Shown piece by piece: positions 22,609-30,772 of a stretch of DNA of 33,239 nt. Both the position numbers and the translations under genes were made by a program. Location of the stretch: positions 1-33,239 of the forward strand of contig DAIRDK010000002.1 in the NCBI GenBank assembly GCA_036796175.1, written 5' to 3'. Numbering within the stretch: the first letter of the stretch is position 1; each line of letters begins with the position of its first letter. A model generated the notes under the pieces. It ran no database searches. It saw only the letters and a program-made list of their open reading frames with translations, and was not told where the DNA came from. The DNA comes from Bacteroidales bacterium. GTDB taxonomy: Bacteria > Bacteroidota > Bacteroidia > Bacteroidales > FEN-979.

Positions 22609-25600
22609 CCCGGCGGAAGATGATCAGATATATCCTTGTCCTGCTGTTGCTCGTGCCCTGTTTTCGGGCCGGCGCGCAGCAGATGACGAAGTTTTCCGGC
22701 GACTCGACCAGGTTCATCGGGGAACTCAACCAGCTTTTCTCCACCCTGAGCGATGAAGACCGGAAGATCGTCGAACAGGAGATGGTCACGTTCGTCATGA
22801 ACTGGAACGCCGAAAAGTTCGACCCGTCAAAGAAACAATGGATCTATACGCTCACCGGCCAGATGCTGAAGAAGAAACTGCGTCCCTTCCCCGACATCTA
22901 TAATTACCTTCGCGCTCTCGATGCGTTCCTGGCTACCGGCCAGCCCGATCGCTCCTTCTACGACTGGTCCGGGATTCTTGGCAAACTCTGCGAATCGAAA
23001 AATGCCCGCAACCTGGTGTCGTTCATCGAGCAGACCCGAAGCCTCTTCGCGGGAAACATGCTCTACCAGAGCGCATCCACCACGTGGACGGCATCGTCCA
23101 AATCGTTTGCCTTTTCCTATGATACCGTTCCCGTGATCCTTTTCAATACCACTGACCTGGTCTGTTTTTCCAACCGCGACAGCCTGACAATCTACGATAC
23201 CCGGGGAAGGTATTACCCGCTCACCACGAAATGGTACGGGCAAGGGGGCAAGGTGGACTGGCGGCGTGCCGGGCTGGACCCGAACGTCGTCTTCGCCATG
23301 CTCGGAGATTACCAGGTGCAGATGAAATTCTCCAAATACACGGCCGACTCCGCCGGGTTCTATAACCGGAAATATTTCTCCTCTTCACTGCAGGGGCAGC
23401 TCATCGACAAGGTCCAGGCCGACATGGACGAGGAGAAGGCATCGTACCCGCGGTTCCATTCGTATGAAGGATTTCTCGGGATCCGGAATATCTTCAACAA
23501 CATCGATTTCTACGGCGGGTTTGCCATGGAAGGAGCGCGGGTCATGGGCTTCGGCGACAAGGACCGGGACGCGGTGCTCATCTTTCACAAGGACGACCGG
23601 GAATTTCTCACGGCCCGGTCCAAGCATTTCGTGATCCGCCCCGACCGCATCAACTCGGGACTCGCTTCGGTCTCCATCTATCATGACGAAGATTCGATCT
23701 ACCACTCGGGATTGCAGTTTAAGTACCTCGACGAGCAGAAAGAGCTCTCGATGACCAAGGATGAGCGCGTCGCGGTGATCAGTCCCTGGTTTGACTCCTA
23801 TCACGACATCGAGATCTACTGCGAAGCCCTCTTCTGGAAGACCAACCAGAATGTCATCTCCTTCGGCGTGGAACGCGGCCCGGGCACAGAGGGGAATGCG
23901 GTCTTCGAATCGGACAATTATTACTCGCTGGAACGTTATGAACGGCTCCAGGGCATCGACCTGTTCAACCCCCTGGATGTCATCAAACGTTATACCGACC
24001 GCAAAAAGACCAGGGAATTCACGCTCGATGAGATCTCCCGGTACATGGAAAAACCGCCCGACCAGGTGGAAGGGCTTCTGCTCCTGCTGAATGCCCGGGG
24101 ATTTCTCATCTATGACATGGATGACAAACGGGCCGTGGTCAAGGACAAGCTCGTACACTACGTGGATTCGAAGAATGACAAGACCGACTACGACATCATC
24201 AACATCAGCTCCTCCGTGGCGGGAGAAAACAACGCCGTGCTCAACCTCGAGAACTTCAACCTGAAGATCCTCGGCGTGAAGCGCATCCTGCTGAGCGATT
24301 CCCAGCAGGTGTTCGTCTATCCTGCAGCCGGCGAGGTGGTGATGCAGAAGGACCGTAACTTCTCTTTCTCCGGGAAGGTGGAGGCCGGGCTGTTCGACTT
24401 CTACGGGAAAGGATTCTCGTTTGATTACGGCAACTTCAGGCTGACGATGCCCTCCATCGACACGATGGAGTTCTATACCCGGAGTAATAAAAAGGATCCA
24501 AAGACGCAGGAGTACCAGATGGTGAAGGTGAGATCACAGCTGAACCACTTCTACGGGCAACTCCTGATCGACGCCCCCGATAACAAGTCGGGACGAAGGG
24601 TGCTGGACCAGTACCCCGTGTTTGTGAGCAGTGACACCGCCCGTGTCGACTGGGATAAAAACTACGTTTACAACGGCGTATATGATAAGGACCGCTTTTA
24701 TTTTGAAGTATTGCCGTTCACGCTGAGCAGCCTGGATAAGATGGTCCCCGATACCCTGCGGTTCGACGGCGTGCTGACCTCGGCTGGCATCTTCCCCGGC
24801 ATCCGGGAGAAACTGAAGGTCCGTCCCGATTACTCGCTCGGTTTTGAGAAGCAAACACCCCCGGACGGGCTTCCTGTCTATACGGGTAAAGGAACCTTTA
24901 TCGCGAAAGTCGACCTGAGCAACCAGGGATTGAAGGGGGAAGGCACGTTGAGATATCTCAATTCCACCTCGGTGGCTGACAACTTCATCTTTTTCCCCGA
25001 TTCCATGAAGGCTGTGGCACGTACGTTCACTACTGCCGAGCAGCTCGCCGCAGTGGAATACCCGTCAGTCGCCGGCGATTCGGTGGTTGAGTATTGGATG
25101 CCCTACCAGGACTCGATGTCGGTGACGACCATCAAAAAGGAACTGGCCATGTACAACAGCCAGTCGACCTTTGCGGGCACGCTGTCCCTGACTCCAGGCG
25201 GGATGATGGGCAACGGCACCATCAAGATCCGCGATGCCGAAATGGATTCCCGCGGATTCAACTTTAAGCAGCATACCTTCGATGCGCTGATCGCCAATTT
25301 CAGGATCAAATCGTATGACCTGGCCGCACTCTCGATATCGACCCGGAATTACCGGACCCACTTCGACTTCGAACTGAGGCGCGGTGAATTTAAATCCAAT
25401 GTCGGGATCTCGCGGATCGAGTTCCCGTTCAACCAGTATATCTGCTCGATGGACCGCTTTGACTGGATGCTCGACAACGAAGAGATCACCCTGATGAACG
25501 AAGCCTCTGGCCAGGCTTCAGCCGATACGGTCAGTATGGCCGGGCTGATCGATGTGGGATATACCGGTTCCGAGTTCATTTCGGTGAGGCCCGACCAGGA

Positions 25601-27092
25601 CTCGCTTCGCTTCTTCGCGTTGAAGGCCCGATATAACCTCAAAAGCAACGTGATCAATGCCGAAGAGGTGAAGATCATCAAGGTGGCGGATGCAGCCATC
25701 TTCCCCGATTCCGGGAAAGTGAGGATCATGAAGGACGCCCGCATGGAAGTTCTGCATAACGCCGGGATCATTGCCAATACCACGACCCGGTACCACAACT
25801 TTTACCAGGCAGATGTCGCCGTGGCTACCCGTCACAAGTATGATGCGAAAGGGTTCTACGATTACGTGGATATCACCGGCGACCGCCAGCAGATCTACTT
25901 CACGCGCATCGCAGTGGACACCTCGGGTACGACCTTTGCCAAAGCCAGTGTCAGCGATTCGGCCCGGTTCCGCCTGTGTCCGCAGATCGGGTTCGAAGGG
26001 GACATCCTGCTTGACGCCCCGGAGAAGTTACTCACATTCGACGGTGGCTACCGGCCCATTCCCGGCTGCGAGCCGTTGCAGCCCCAGTATGTACGCTTCA
26101 CCGCGCCGGTTGACCCACAGCATGTCCTGCTGCCGGTCGATCCCCAGCTGAAGAACACGGTCAGGGAGAACATCACGGCCGGCCTGATGATGTCGAACAC
26201 CCAGGGGAGGATCTATCCCATTTTCTTCGAGAAACGGAACAGCTTCAGCGATTCGGTCATGGTCCAGGCCTCCGGGTTGCTGGATTACCAGCAGGAATCG
26301 AACTCCTTCCGCATCACTCCCAAGGAGATCGCCGTGGCAGGCGGCGCCGAAAATACGTTGCAGCTGAGTTTGGATCAGTGCGTCCTGAGCGGAACAGGGA
26401 CGGTCAATGCCGGCATGAATCCCGGGAACCTGAAGATGGAGACCTGGGGGACGATCACTCATTACATCCTGCCCGATTCCACCACGATGAAGATCGCCAT
26501 CGCGCTGAACAACCCGTTCAATGACGAGGCCTTGCTGAAGTTCCGGCAGCAGCTGACGACGGTGAACCTGCCCGGCGTCAGCCTGCTGAACACCCCCTAT
26601 GCCAATGCTTTGGCCACCAAGGTGAACCGGAACGACCTGAACAACCTCCGGACCGAGATCGAGCAGTTCGGCCGGTTCAGGCGGTTCCCCGAAGAGATGA
26701 AACGCACGATCTTCTTGTCCGAAGTCACCCTGAGCTGGGACAGCACGGCCAAAGCCTGGGTCTCGCGGGGGCCGATCGGCATCGGCAGCCTCGGTGACGA
26801 GCTCATGCCGAGGTATGTGGAAGGCAAGGTCGAGTTTGTCAAGAAGCGGAACGGCGACGACTTCACCTTCTACCTGCAGCTCACCGATAACATCTGGTAC
26901 TTCTTCAATTATCGCAACAATATTTTCCAGAGCATATCCTCGAACCAGGAGTACAACGACCTCATCATCCAGGCCCAGCAGAACGGCGCCGAACAGAAGC
27001 GGGTGGATAAGGAGGCTAAGGGGTACAGGTATACGATATCGACGGAGAGGAAGAAGAGGGACTTTTTGAGGAAGTTCGAAACATTGGAATAG
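22605..27092 (+). CDS. Very large (about 1495 aa) exported protein of unknown function
   Basis: Single uninterrupted ORF. Its ATG at 22605 overlaps the prmA stop (ATGA 22605-22608) and gives MTRRKMIRYILVLLLLVPCFRAGAQQ, a signal peptide. I recognise no catalytic or domain motif, and there is no internal repetition. Confidence 0.85.
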   Translation: MTRRKMIRYILVLLLLVPCFRAGAQQMTKFSGDSTRFIGELNQLFSTLSDEDRKIVEQEMVTFVMNWNAEKFDPSKKQWIYTLTGQMLKKKLRPFPDIYNYLRALDAFLATGQPDRSFYDWSGILGKLCESKNARNLVSFIEQTRSLFAGNMLYQSASTTWTASSKSFAFSYDTVPVILFNTTDLVCFSNRDSLTIYDTRGRYYPLTTKWYGQGGKVDWRRAGLDPNVVFAMLGDYQVQMKFSKYTADSAGFYNRKYFSSSLQGQLIDKVQADMDEEKASYPRFHSYEGFLGIRNIFNNIDFYGGFAMEGARVMGFGDKDRDAVLIFHKDDREFLTARSKHFVIRPDRINSGLASVSIYHDEDSIYHSGLQFKYLDEQKELSMTKDERVAVISPWFDSYHDIEIYCEALFWKTNQNVISFGVERGPGTEGNAVFESDNYYSLERYERLQGIDLFNPLDVIKRYTDRKKTREFTLDEISRYMEKPPDQVEGLLLLLNARGFLIYDMDDKRAVVKDKLVHYVDSKNDKTDYDIINISSSVAGENNAVLNLENFNLKILGVKRILLSDSQQVFVYPAAGEVVMQKDRNFSFSGKVEAGLFDFYGKGFSFDYGNFRLTMPSIDTMEFYTRSNKKDPKTQEYQMVKVRSQLNHFYGQLLIDAPDNKSGRRVLDQYPVFVSSDTARVDWDKNYVYNGVYDKDRFYFEVLPFTLSSLDKMVPDTLRFDGVLTSAGIFPGIREKLKVRPDYSLGFEKQTPPDGLPVYTGKGTFIAKVDLSNQGLKGEGTLRYLNSTSVADNFIFFPDSMKAVARTFTTAEQLAAVEYPSVAGDSVVEYWMPYQDSMSVTTIKKELAMYNSQSTFAGTLSLTPGGMMGNGTIKIRDAEMDSRGFNFKQHTFDALIANFRIKSYDLAALSISTRNYRTHFDFELRRGEFKSNVGISRIEFPFNQYICSMDRFDWMLDNEEITLMNEASGQASADTVSMAGLIDVGYTGSEFISVRPDQDSLRFFALKARYNLKSNVINAEEVKIIKVADAAIFPDSGKVRIMKDARMEVLHNAGIIANTTTRYHNFYQADVAVATRHKYDAKGFYDYVDITGDRQQIYFTRIAVDTSGTTFAKASVSDSARFRLCPQIGFEGDILLDAPEKLLTFDGGYRPIPGCEPLQPQYVRFTAPVDPQHVLLPVDPQLKNTVRENITAGLMMSNTQGRIYPIFFEKRNSFSDSVMVQASGLLDYQQESNSFRITPKEIAVAGGAENTLQLSLDQCVLSGTGTVNAGMNPGNLKMETWGTITHYILPDSTTMKIAIALNNPFNDEALLKFRQQLTTVNLPGVSLLNTPYANALATKVNRNDLNNLRTEIEQFGRFRRFPEEMKRTIFLSEVTLSWDSTAKAWVSRGPIGIGSLGDELMPRYVEGKVEFVKKRNGDDFTFYLQLTDNIWYFFNYRNNIFQSISSNQEYNDLIIQAQQNGAEQKRVDKEAKGYRYTISTERKKRDFLRKFETLE

Positions 27093-27168
27093 TGACAGGG
27101 TGACAGGGTGACAGGGTGACAGGGTGACAGAGTGACGGGATAATTCGAGAAATCGTGAAATCGTGAAC
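27092..27168. repeat. Octamer array GTGACAGG x4/GTGACAGA/GTGACGGG (27092-27139), then TCGAGAAA/TCGTGAAA/TCGTGAAC (27145-27168)
   Basis: Read directly from the sequence. It starts at the last base of the TAG stop of the 1495-aa gene and ends 3 nt before the plsY ATG. Confidence 0.95.
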
Positions 27169-27171
27169 TAA

Positions 27172-27804
27172 ATGTGGCTGATACCGGTTGAAATCCTTAT
27201 TGCGTACCTGATCGGTGCGATCCCGACGGCTGTTTGGGTAGGAAAAATATTTTACGGGCTCGACATCCGCGAGCATGGCAGCGGGAATGCGGGGGCGACG
27301 AATACGGTCCGGGTGCTGGGGTACAAAGCCGGGATCCCGGTCCTGCTGTTTGATGTGTTTAAAGGCTGGGCGGCAGTCCAGATCGCCCTGCTCTTTCCCC
27401 CCGGCCAGTTCTCTCCCGATCTGCTGATCTACCTCCGGATGGCGCTGGGAGTGGCGGCTGTCCTGGGGCATGTGTTCCCGGTGTATGCCGGTTTCAGGGG
27501 AGGGAAGGGGGTAGGGACCCTCGCCGGCGTCGGGATCGCCCTCTACCCGTTGGCGTTGCTCATCGTCCTGGGGGTGTTCATCATCACCCTGGCGATGACG
27601 CGCTATGTCTCTGTCTCTTCGATCCTTGGAGCGCTGGTCTTCCCCCTGGCGGTGGTCTTTGTCACCGGGCAGCACCACCCCGGGCTGGTGATCCTGAGCG
27701 TGCTGGTAGCCGTGTTCGTACCCCTCACCCACATGAAGAATATCAACCGGTTGCTGAAGGGGGAGGAAAACCGTTTTGATTTCCGGAGGAAAGATAAAAA
27801 ATAG
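27172..27804 (+). CDS. plsY: Glycerol-3-phosphate acyltransferase PlsY
   Basis: 210 aa multi-TM protein with the GSGNAGATN motif and HVFPVYAGFRGGKGV. Confidence 0.9.
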   Translation: MWLIPVEILIAYLIGAIPTAVWVGKIFYGLDIREHGSGNAGATNTVRVLGYKAGIPVLLFDVFKGWAAVQIALLFPPGQFSPDLLIYLRMALGVAAVLGHVFPVYAGFRGGKGVGTLAGVGIALYPLALLIVLGVFIITLAMTRYVSVSSILGALVFPLAVVFVTGQHHPGLVILSVLVAVFVPLTHMKNINRLLKGEENRFDFRRKDKK

Positions 27805-27825
27805 GTCGATTTTGAAATTCTGTTG

Positions 27826-27833
27826 TATATTTG
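27826..27833 (+). promoter_or_regulatory. Candidate -7 box TATATTTG for dnaN
   Basis: Exact TAnnTTTG match 28 nt upstream of ATG 27862. Confidence 0.45.
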
Positions 27834-27861
27834 AACAGATTTAACCAAACCTTATTTTACC

Positions 27862-28986
27862 ATGAAATTTATCATCTCGAGTTCACTGCTGCTGAAGAAT
27901 CTGCAGGCGATCATCGGTGTGATCAACACCAATAATACCCTCCCCATCCTGGACGATTTCCTGTTTGATCTCAGGGACGATGCGTTGACGATCACGGCCT
28001 CCGATCTTGAGACGACCATGAGCGTTGCGGTTAAACCCGACAAGGCCGAAGAGGACGGCAGCGTGGCGATCCCGGCCAAGATCCTGGTCGATACCCTGAA
28101 GACCTTCCCCGATATCCCCCTTTCCTTCTCCATCAACGAGAATACGCTCATCGTCGAGATCTCCGCGGGTGAAGGGAAATACAAGCTTTCGGGCCACAAG
28201 GCCGACGAATATCCGCGCACGCCATCACTGGAGGAGACCACCTCCGTGGAGATGGATTCCATGACCCTGGCCCATGCCGTCAACAAAACCCTTTTCGCCA
28301 CCGGCAACGACGAACTCAGGCTGGTCCTTTCCGGCGTCTTCTGTGAGTTGTCGCAGGAAGATACCACCTTTGTGGCCACCGATGCCCACAAGCTGGTGAG
28401 GTACAAGCGCACCGACGCCACTTCGGCCGAATCGGCCAATTTCATACTCCCCAAGAAGCCCCTGAACCTGCTGAAAAACCTGCTTGCTTCCCAGGAAACG
28501 AAGGTGAAACTGGAATATAACAAGACCAACGCCTTTTTCTCTTTCGGTAACCTCAACCTGATCTGCCGGCTCATCGACGGGAAATACCCCAACTATGATG
28601 CCGTCATCCCGACCAACAATCCCAACAAGCTCACCATCGACCGGCTGGCACTGCTGACTTCCATCCGCCGCGTATCGATCTTTGCCAACCAGTCGACTCA
28701 CCAGGTCCGGTTCAAGATCTCGGGTAAGGAACTGGTGCTGTCGGCCGAGGACACCGATTTCAGCAACGAAGCTAAGGAAAGGCTGACCTGCAGCTATGAA
28801 GGCGACGATATCGAGATCGGATTCAATTCGAAATTCCTGGTCGAGATGCTGAACAACATCGAGACCGACGAAGTCCTCCTCGAGATGTCGGCCCCCAACC
28901 GCGCCGGGATCCTCCTCCCCGTGAACAACGAAAACAAAAGCGAGGATATCCTGATGCTGGTGATGCCGGTGATGCTGTCGAAATAA
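27862..28986 (+). CDS. dnaN: DNA polymerase III beta sliding clamp
   Basis: 374 aa. The N-terminus is MKFIISSSLLLKNLQAI, with DGKYPNYDAVIP and C-terminal MLVMPVML typical of DnaN. Confidence 0.95.
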   Translation: MKFIISSSLLLKNLQAIIGVINTNNTLPILDDFLFDLRDDALTITASDLETTMSVAVKPDKAEEDGSVAIPAKILVDTLKTFPDIPLSFSINENTLIVEISAGEGKYKLSGHKADEYPRTPSLEETTSVEMDSMTLAHAVNKTLFATGNDELRLVLSGVFCELSQEDTTFVATDAHKLVRYKRTDATSAESANFILPKKPLNLLKNLLASQETKVKLEYNKTNAFFSFGNLNLICRLIDGKYPNYDAVIPTNNPNKLTIDRLALLTSIRRVSIFANQSTHQVRFKISGKELVLSAEDTDFSNEAKERLTCSYEGDDIEIGFNSKFLVEMLNNIETDEVLLEMSAPNRAGILLPVNNENKSEDILMLVMPVMLSK

Positions 28987-28988
28987 AA

Positions 28989-29011
28989 AAGGCGGCCTTC
29001 CGGGCCGCCTT
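28989..29011. terminator. Bidirectional rho-independent terminator between dnaN and csp
   Basis: The sequence is AAGGCGGCC-ttccg-GGCCGCCTT, flanked by an A-run (28985-28990) and a T-rich tract (29010-29021). Confidence 0.75.
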
Positions 29012-29039
29012 CTTCATTTTTCAATAGGTATGGTCGAGG

Positions 29040-29231
29040 TTAATCTTTCTTCACATTGATCGCTTTTTTCCCTCTCTTGTCCTCTGTGATGTCGAACGAT
29101 ACCTGGTCATTTTCGCGGATCTTGTCTACCAAGCCGCTGACGTGTACAAAAATGTCCTGCTGACTTTCGTCGTCCACAATGAAACCGAAACCTTTTCTTT
29201 CATTGAAAAATTTTACTTTACCTGTTGACAT
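29040..29231 (-). CDS. cspA: Cold-shock domain protein
   Basis: 63 aa with RNP1 KGFGFI and RNP2 IFVHVS. Confidence 0.95.
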   Translation of the reverse strand: MSTGKVKFFNERKGFGFIVDDESQQDIFVHVSGLVDKIRENDQVSFDITEDKRGKKAINVKKD

Positions 29232-29260
29232 AAAACTTAGAAATTAAATTAAAACTTTTG

Positions 29261-29268
29261 CAAAGGTA
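29261..29268 (-). promoter_or_regulatory. Candidate -7 box TACCTTTG for csp
   Basis: The reverse complement of caaaggta matches TAnnTTTG, 29 nt upstream of ATG 29231. Confidence 0.4.
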
Positions 29269-29289
29269 TAATAATATTTTGAAATTCTA

Positions 29290-29297
29290 TACTTTTG
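29290..29297 (+). promoter_or_regulatory. Candidate -7 box TACTTTTG for the malic enzyme gene
   Basis: Exact TAnnTTTG match 14 nt upstream of ATG 29312. Confidence 0.4.
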
Positions 29298-29311
29298 AAA
29301 AAAACCTTGCC

Positions 29312-30772
29312 ATGAAAGAGATTAAGCTCGACCTGAGCAACCTGAACGAAGTGTTTCCCGATGACTTCACACAAGACCAAATTGCTAAAGCTAAAACACT
29401 GTTTCTCAAAAAGTTATCTATTGATGCTCACACCTTCTACCATGGGAAGATCCAAACCGTACCGAGAGCCCCGGTAATCGGGTTCAACTGGTTCAACGTA
29501 TGGTACACACCCGGGGTTTCTAAGATCTCCACGTCCATCCGGGAGAATCCCGACTGCAGTTTTTACCTCACCGGCCGCGGGAATACGGTGGCTGTTGTGA
29601 GCGATTCCACCCGCGTGCTGGGCGACGGCGACTGCACCCCGCCGGGCGGCATGGGCGTTATGGAAGGGAAAGCATTTCTGATGAAGTACCTGGGCGGTTT
29701 TGACGCGGTCCCATTATGTATCGACAGTACGGGAGACAAGTGCCAGAAGGACCCGGAGAAGATCATCCAGTTCGTGAAGATGGTCCAGCACAGTTTCGGC
29801 GCCATCAACCTGGAAGACATTTCGCAGCCCAACTGCTTCCGCGTGCTGGACGTATTGCGGGAAGAGTGCGACATTCCGGTATGGCACGACGACGCCCAGG
29901 GAACGGCCTGCGTCACCCTGGCGGGGGTGATCAACGCGCTGAAACTGGCCGGAAAGAAAATGCAGGATGCGAAGTTCGTTATGTTTGGCGCCGGCGCTTC
30001 CAACACCACGATTGCGCGGCTGCTGATCGCCGACGGCGTCAATCCGAAAAAGATGGTGATCTTCGACACCAAGGGCTCCCTGAACACGGGCCGTGAAGAC
30101 ATCCGCAACGATACGCGTTTCTACCGCAAATGGGAACTTTGCCTCACCACCAATGCGAACCAGGTGATGACCATGGACGAAGCCATGAAGGGCGCCGACG
30201 TGCTCATTTCACTCTCCACGCCGGGTCCTGACGTGATCAAGCGCGAATGGGTGCGCAGCATGGCTGACCGGTCGATCGTATTCGCCTGCGCCAACCCTGT
30301 TCCCGAGATTTATCCTTATGCGGCCAAGGAGGAAGGCGCATTTATCGTGGCCACCGGCCGCGGCGATTTCCCCAACCAGGTCAACAACTCCATCGGTTTC
30401 CCGGGCATTCTCAAAGGCGCCCTGATGGTGAAAGCCAAGAAGATCACCGACAACATGGCGATCCGTGCCGCTCATTCACTGGCCTCCTATGCCGAACAAC
30501 GCGGAATTCATCCGGAAGACATTGTCCCCACGATGGATGAGGCTTCGGTCTTTCCGAATGAATCGGCCGACGTGGCGATGCAGGCCATTGAAGACGGCGT
30601 TGCGCGCATCCATATGACCCGTGAGGAGGCGTTCGAAAGGGCGAAACACGATATCGAACACGCGCGATCGATGACTAAATTCCTCCAGGATAACGGGTTT
30701 ATTGAGAAACCGTCCCAGGAGATGGTGCAGAAAGCACTCGATTGGGCGGTGGAACAGATCAGGAAGGGGTAA
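29312..30772 (+). CDS. NAD(P)-dependent malic enzyme (short form, no PTA-like domain)
   Basis: Starts at ATG 29312 (MKEIKLDL). Contains VAVVSDSTRVLGDGD, GMGVMEGKAFLMK, INLEDISQPNCF, WHDDAQGTA and the NAD(P) fold FGAGASN. Confidence 0.9.
   Translation: MKEIKLDLSNLNEVFPDDFTQDQIAKAKTLFLKKLSIDAHTFYHGKIQTVPRAPVIGFNWFNVWYTPGVSKISTSIRENPDCSFYLTGRGNTVAVVSDSTRVLGDGDCTPPGGMGVMEGKAFLMKYLGGFDAVPLCIDSTGDKCQKDPEKIIQFVKMVQHSFGAINLEDISQPNCFRVLDVLREECDIPVWHDDAQGTACVTLAGVINALKLAGKKMQDAKFVMFGAGASNTTIARLLIADGVNPKKMVIFDTKGSLNTGREDIRNDTRFYRKWELCLTTNANQVMTMDEAMKGADVLISLSTPGPDVIKREWVRSMADRSIVFACANPVPEIYPYAAKEEGAFIVATGRGDFPNQVNNSIGFPGILKGALMVKAKKITDNMAIRAAHSLASYAEQRGIHPEDIVPTMDEASVFPNESADVAMQAIEDGVARIHMTREEAFERAKHDIEHARSMTKFLQDNGFIEKPSQEMVQKALDWAVEQIRKG

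Noticed and set aside
23385-24158. 257-aa minus-strand ORF, and other ORFs nested inside 22605-27092
   Set aside because: They are antisense or out-of-frame shadows within the single 4.5-kb ORF. None has a start context or motifs.
4685-27168. Could the short tandem arrays be CRISPR arrays?
   Set aside because: The units are only 7-8 nt and directly abut with no unique spacers, and no cas genes are in the window. They are microsatellite-like arrays, not CRISPR.
27016-27732. 238-aa minus-strand ORF
   Set aside because: It is antisense to plsY, has extreme charged low-complexity composition, and its C-terminal part is translated GTGACAGG array.
27805-27861. Replication origin next to dnaN
   Set aside because: There is no dnaA gene, no TTATCCACA-type DnaA boxes and no AT-rich unwinding region beyond an ordinary promoter. 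dnaN is not origin-linked in many Bacteroidota.
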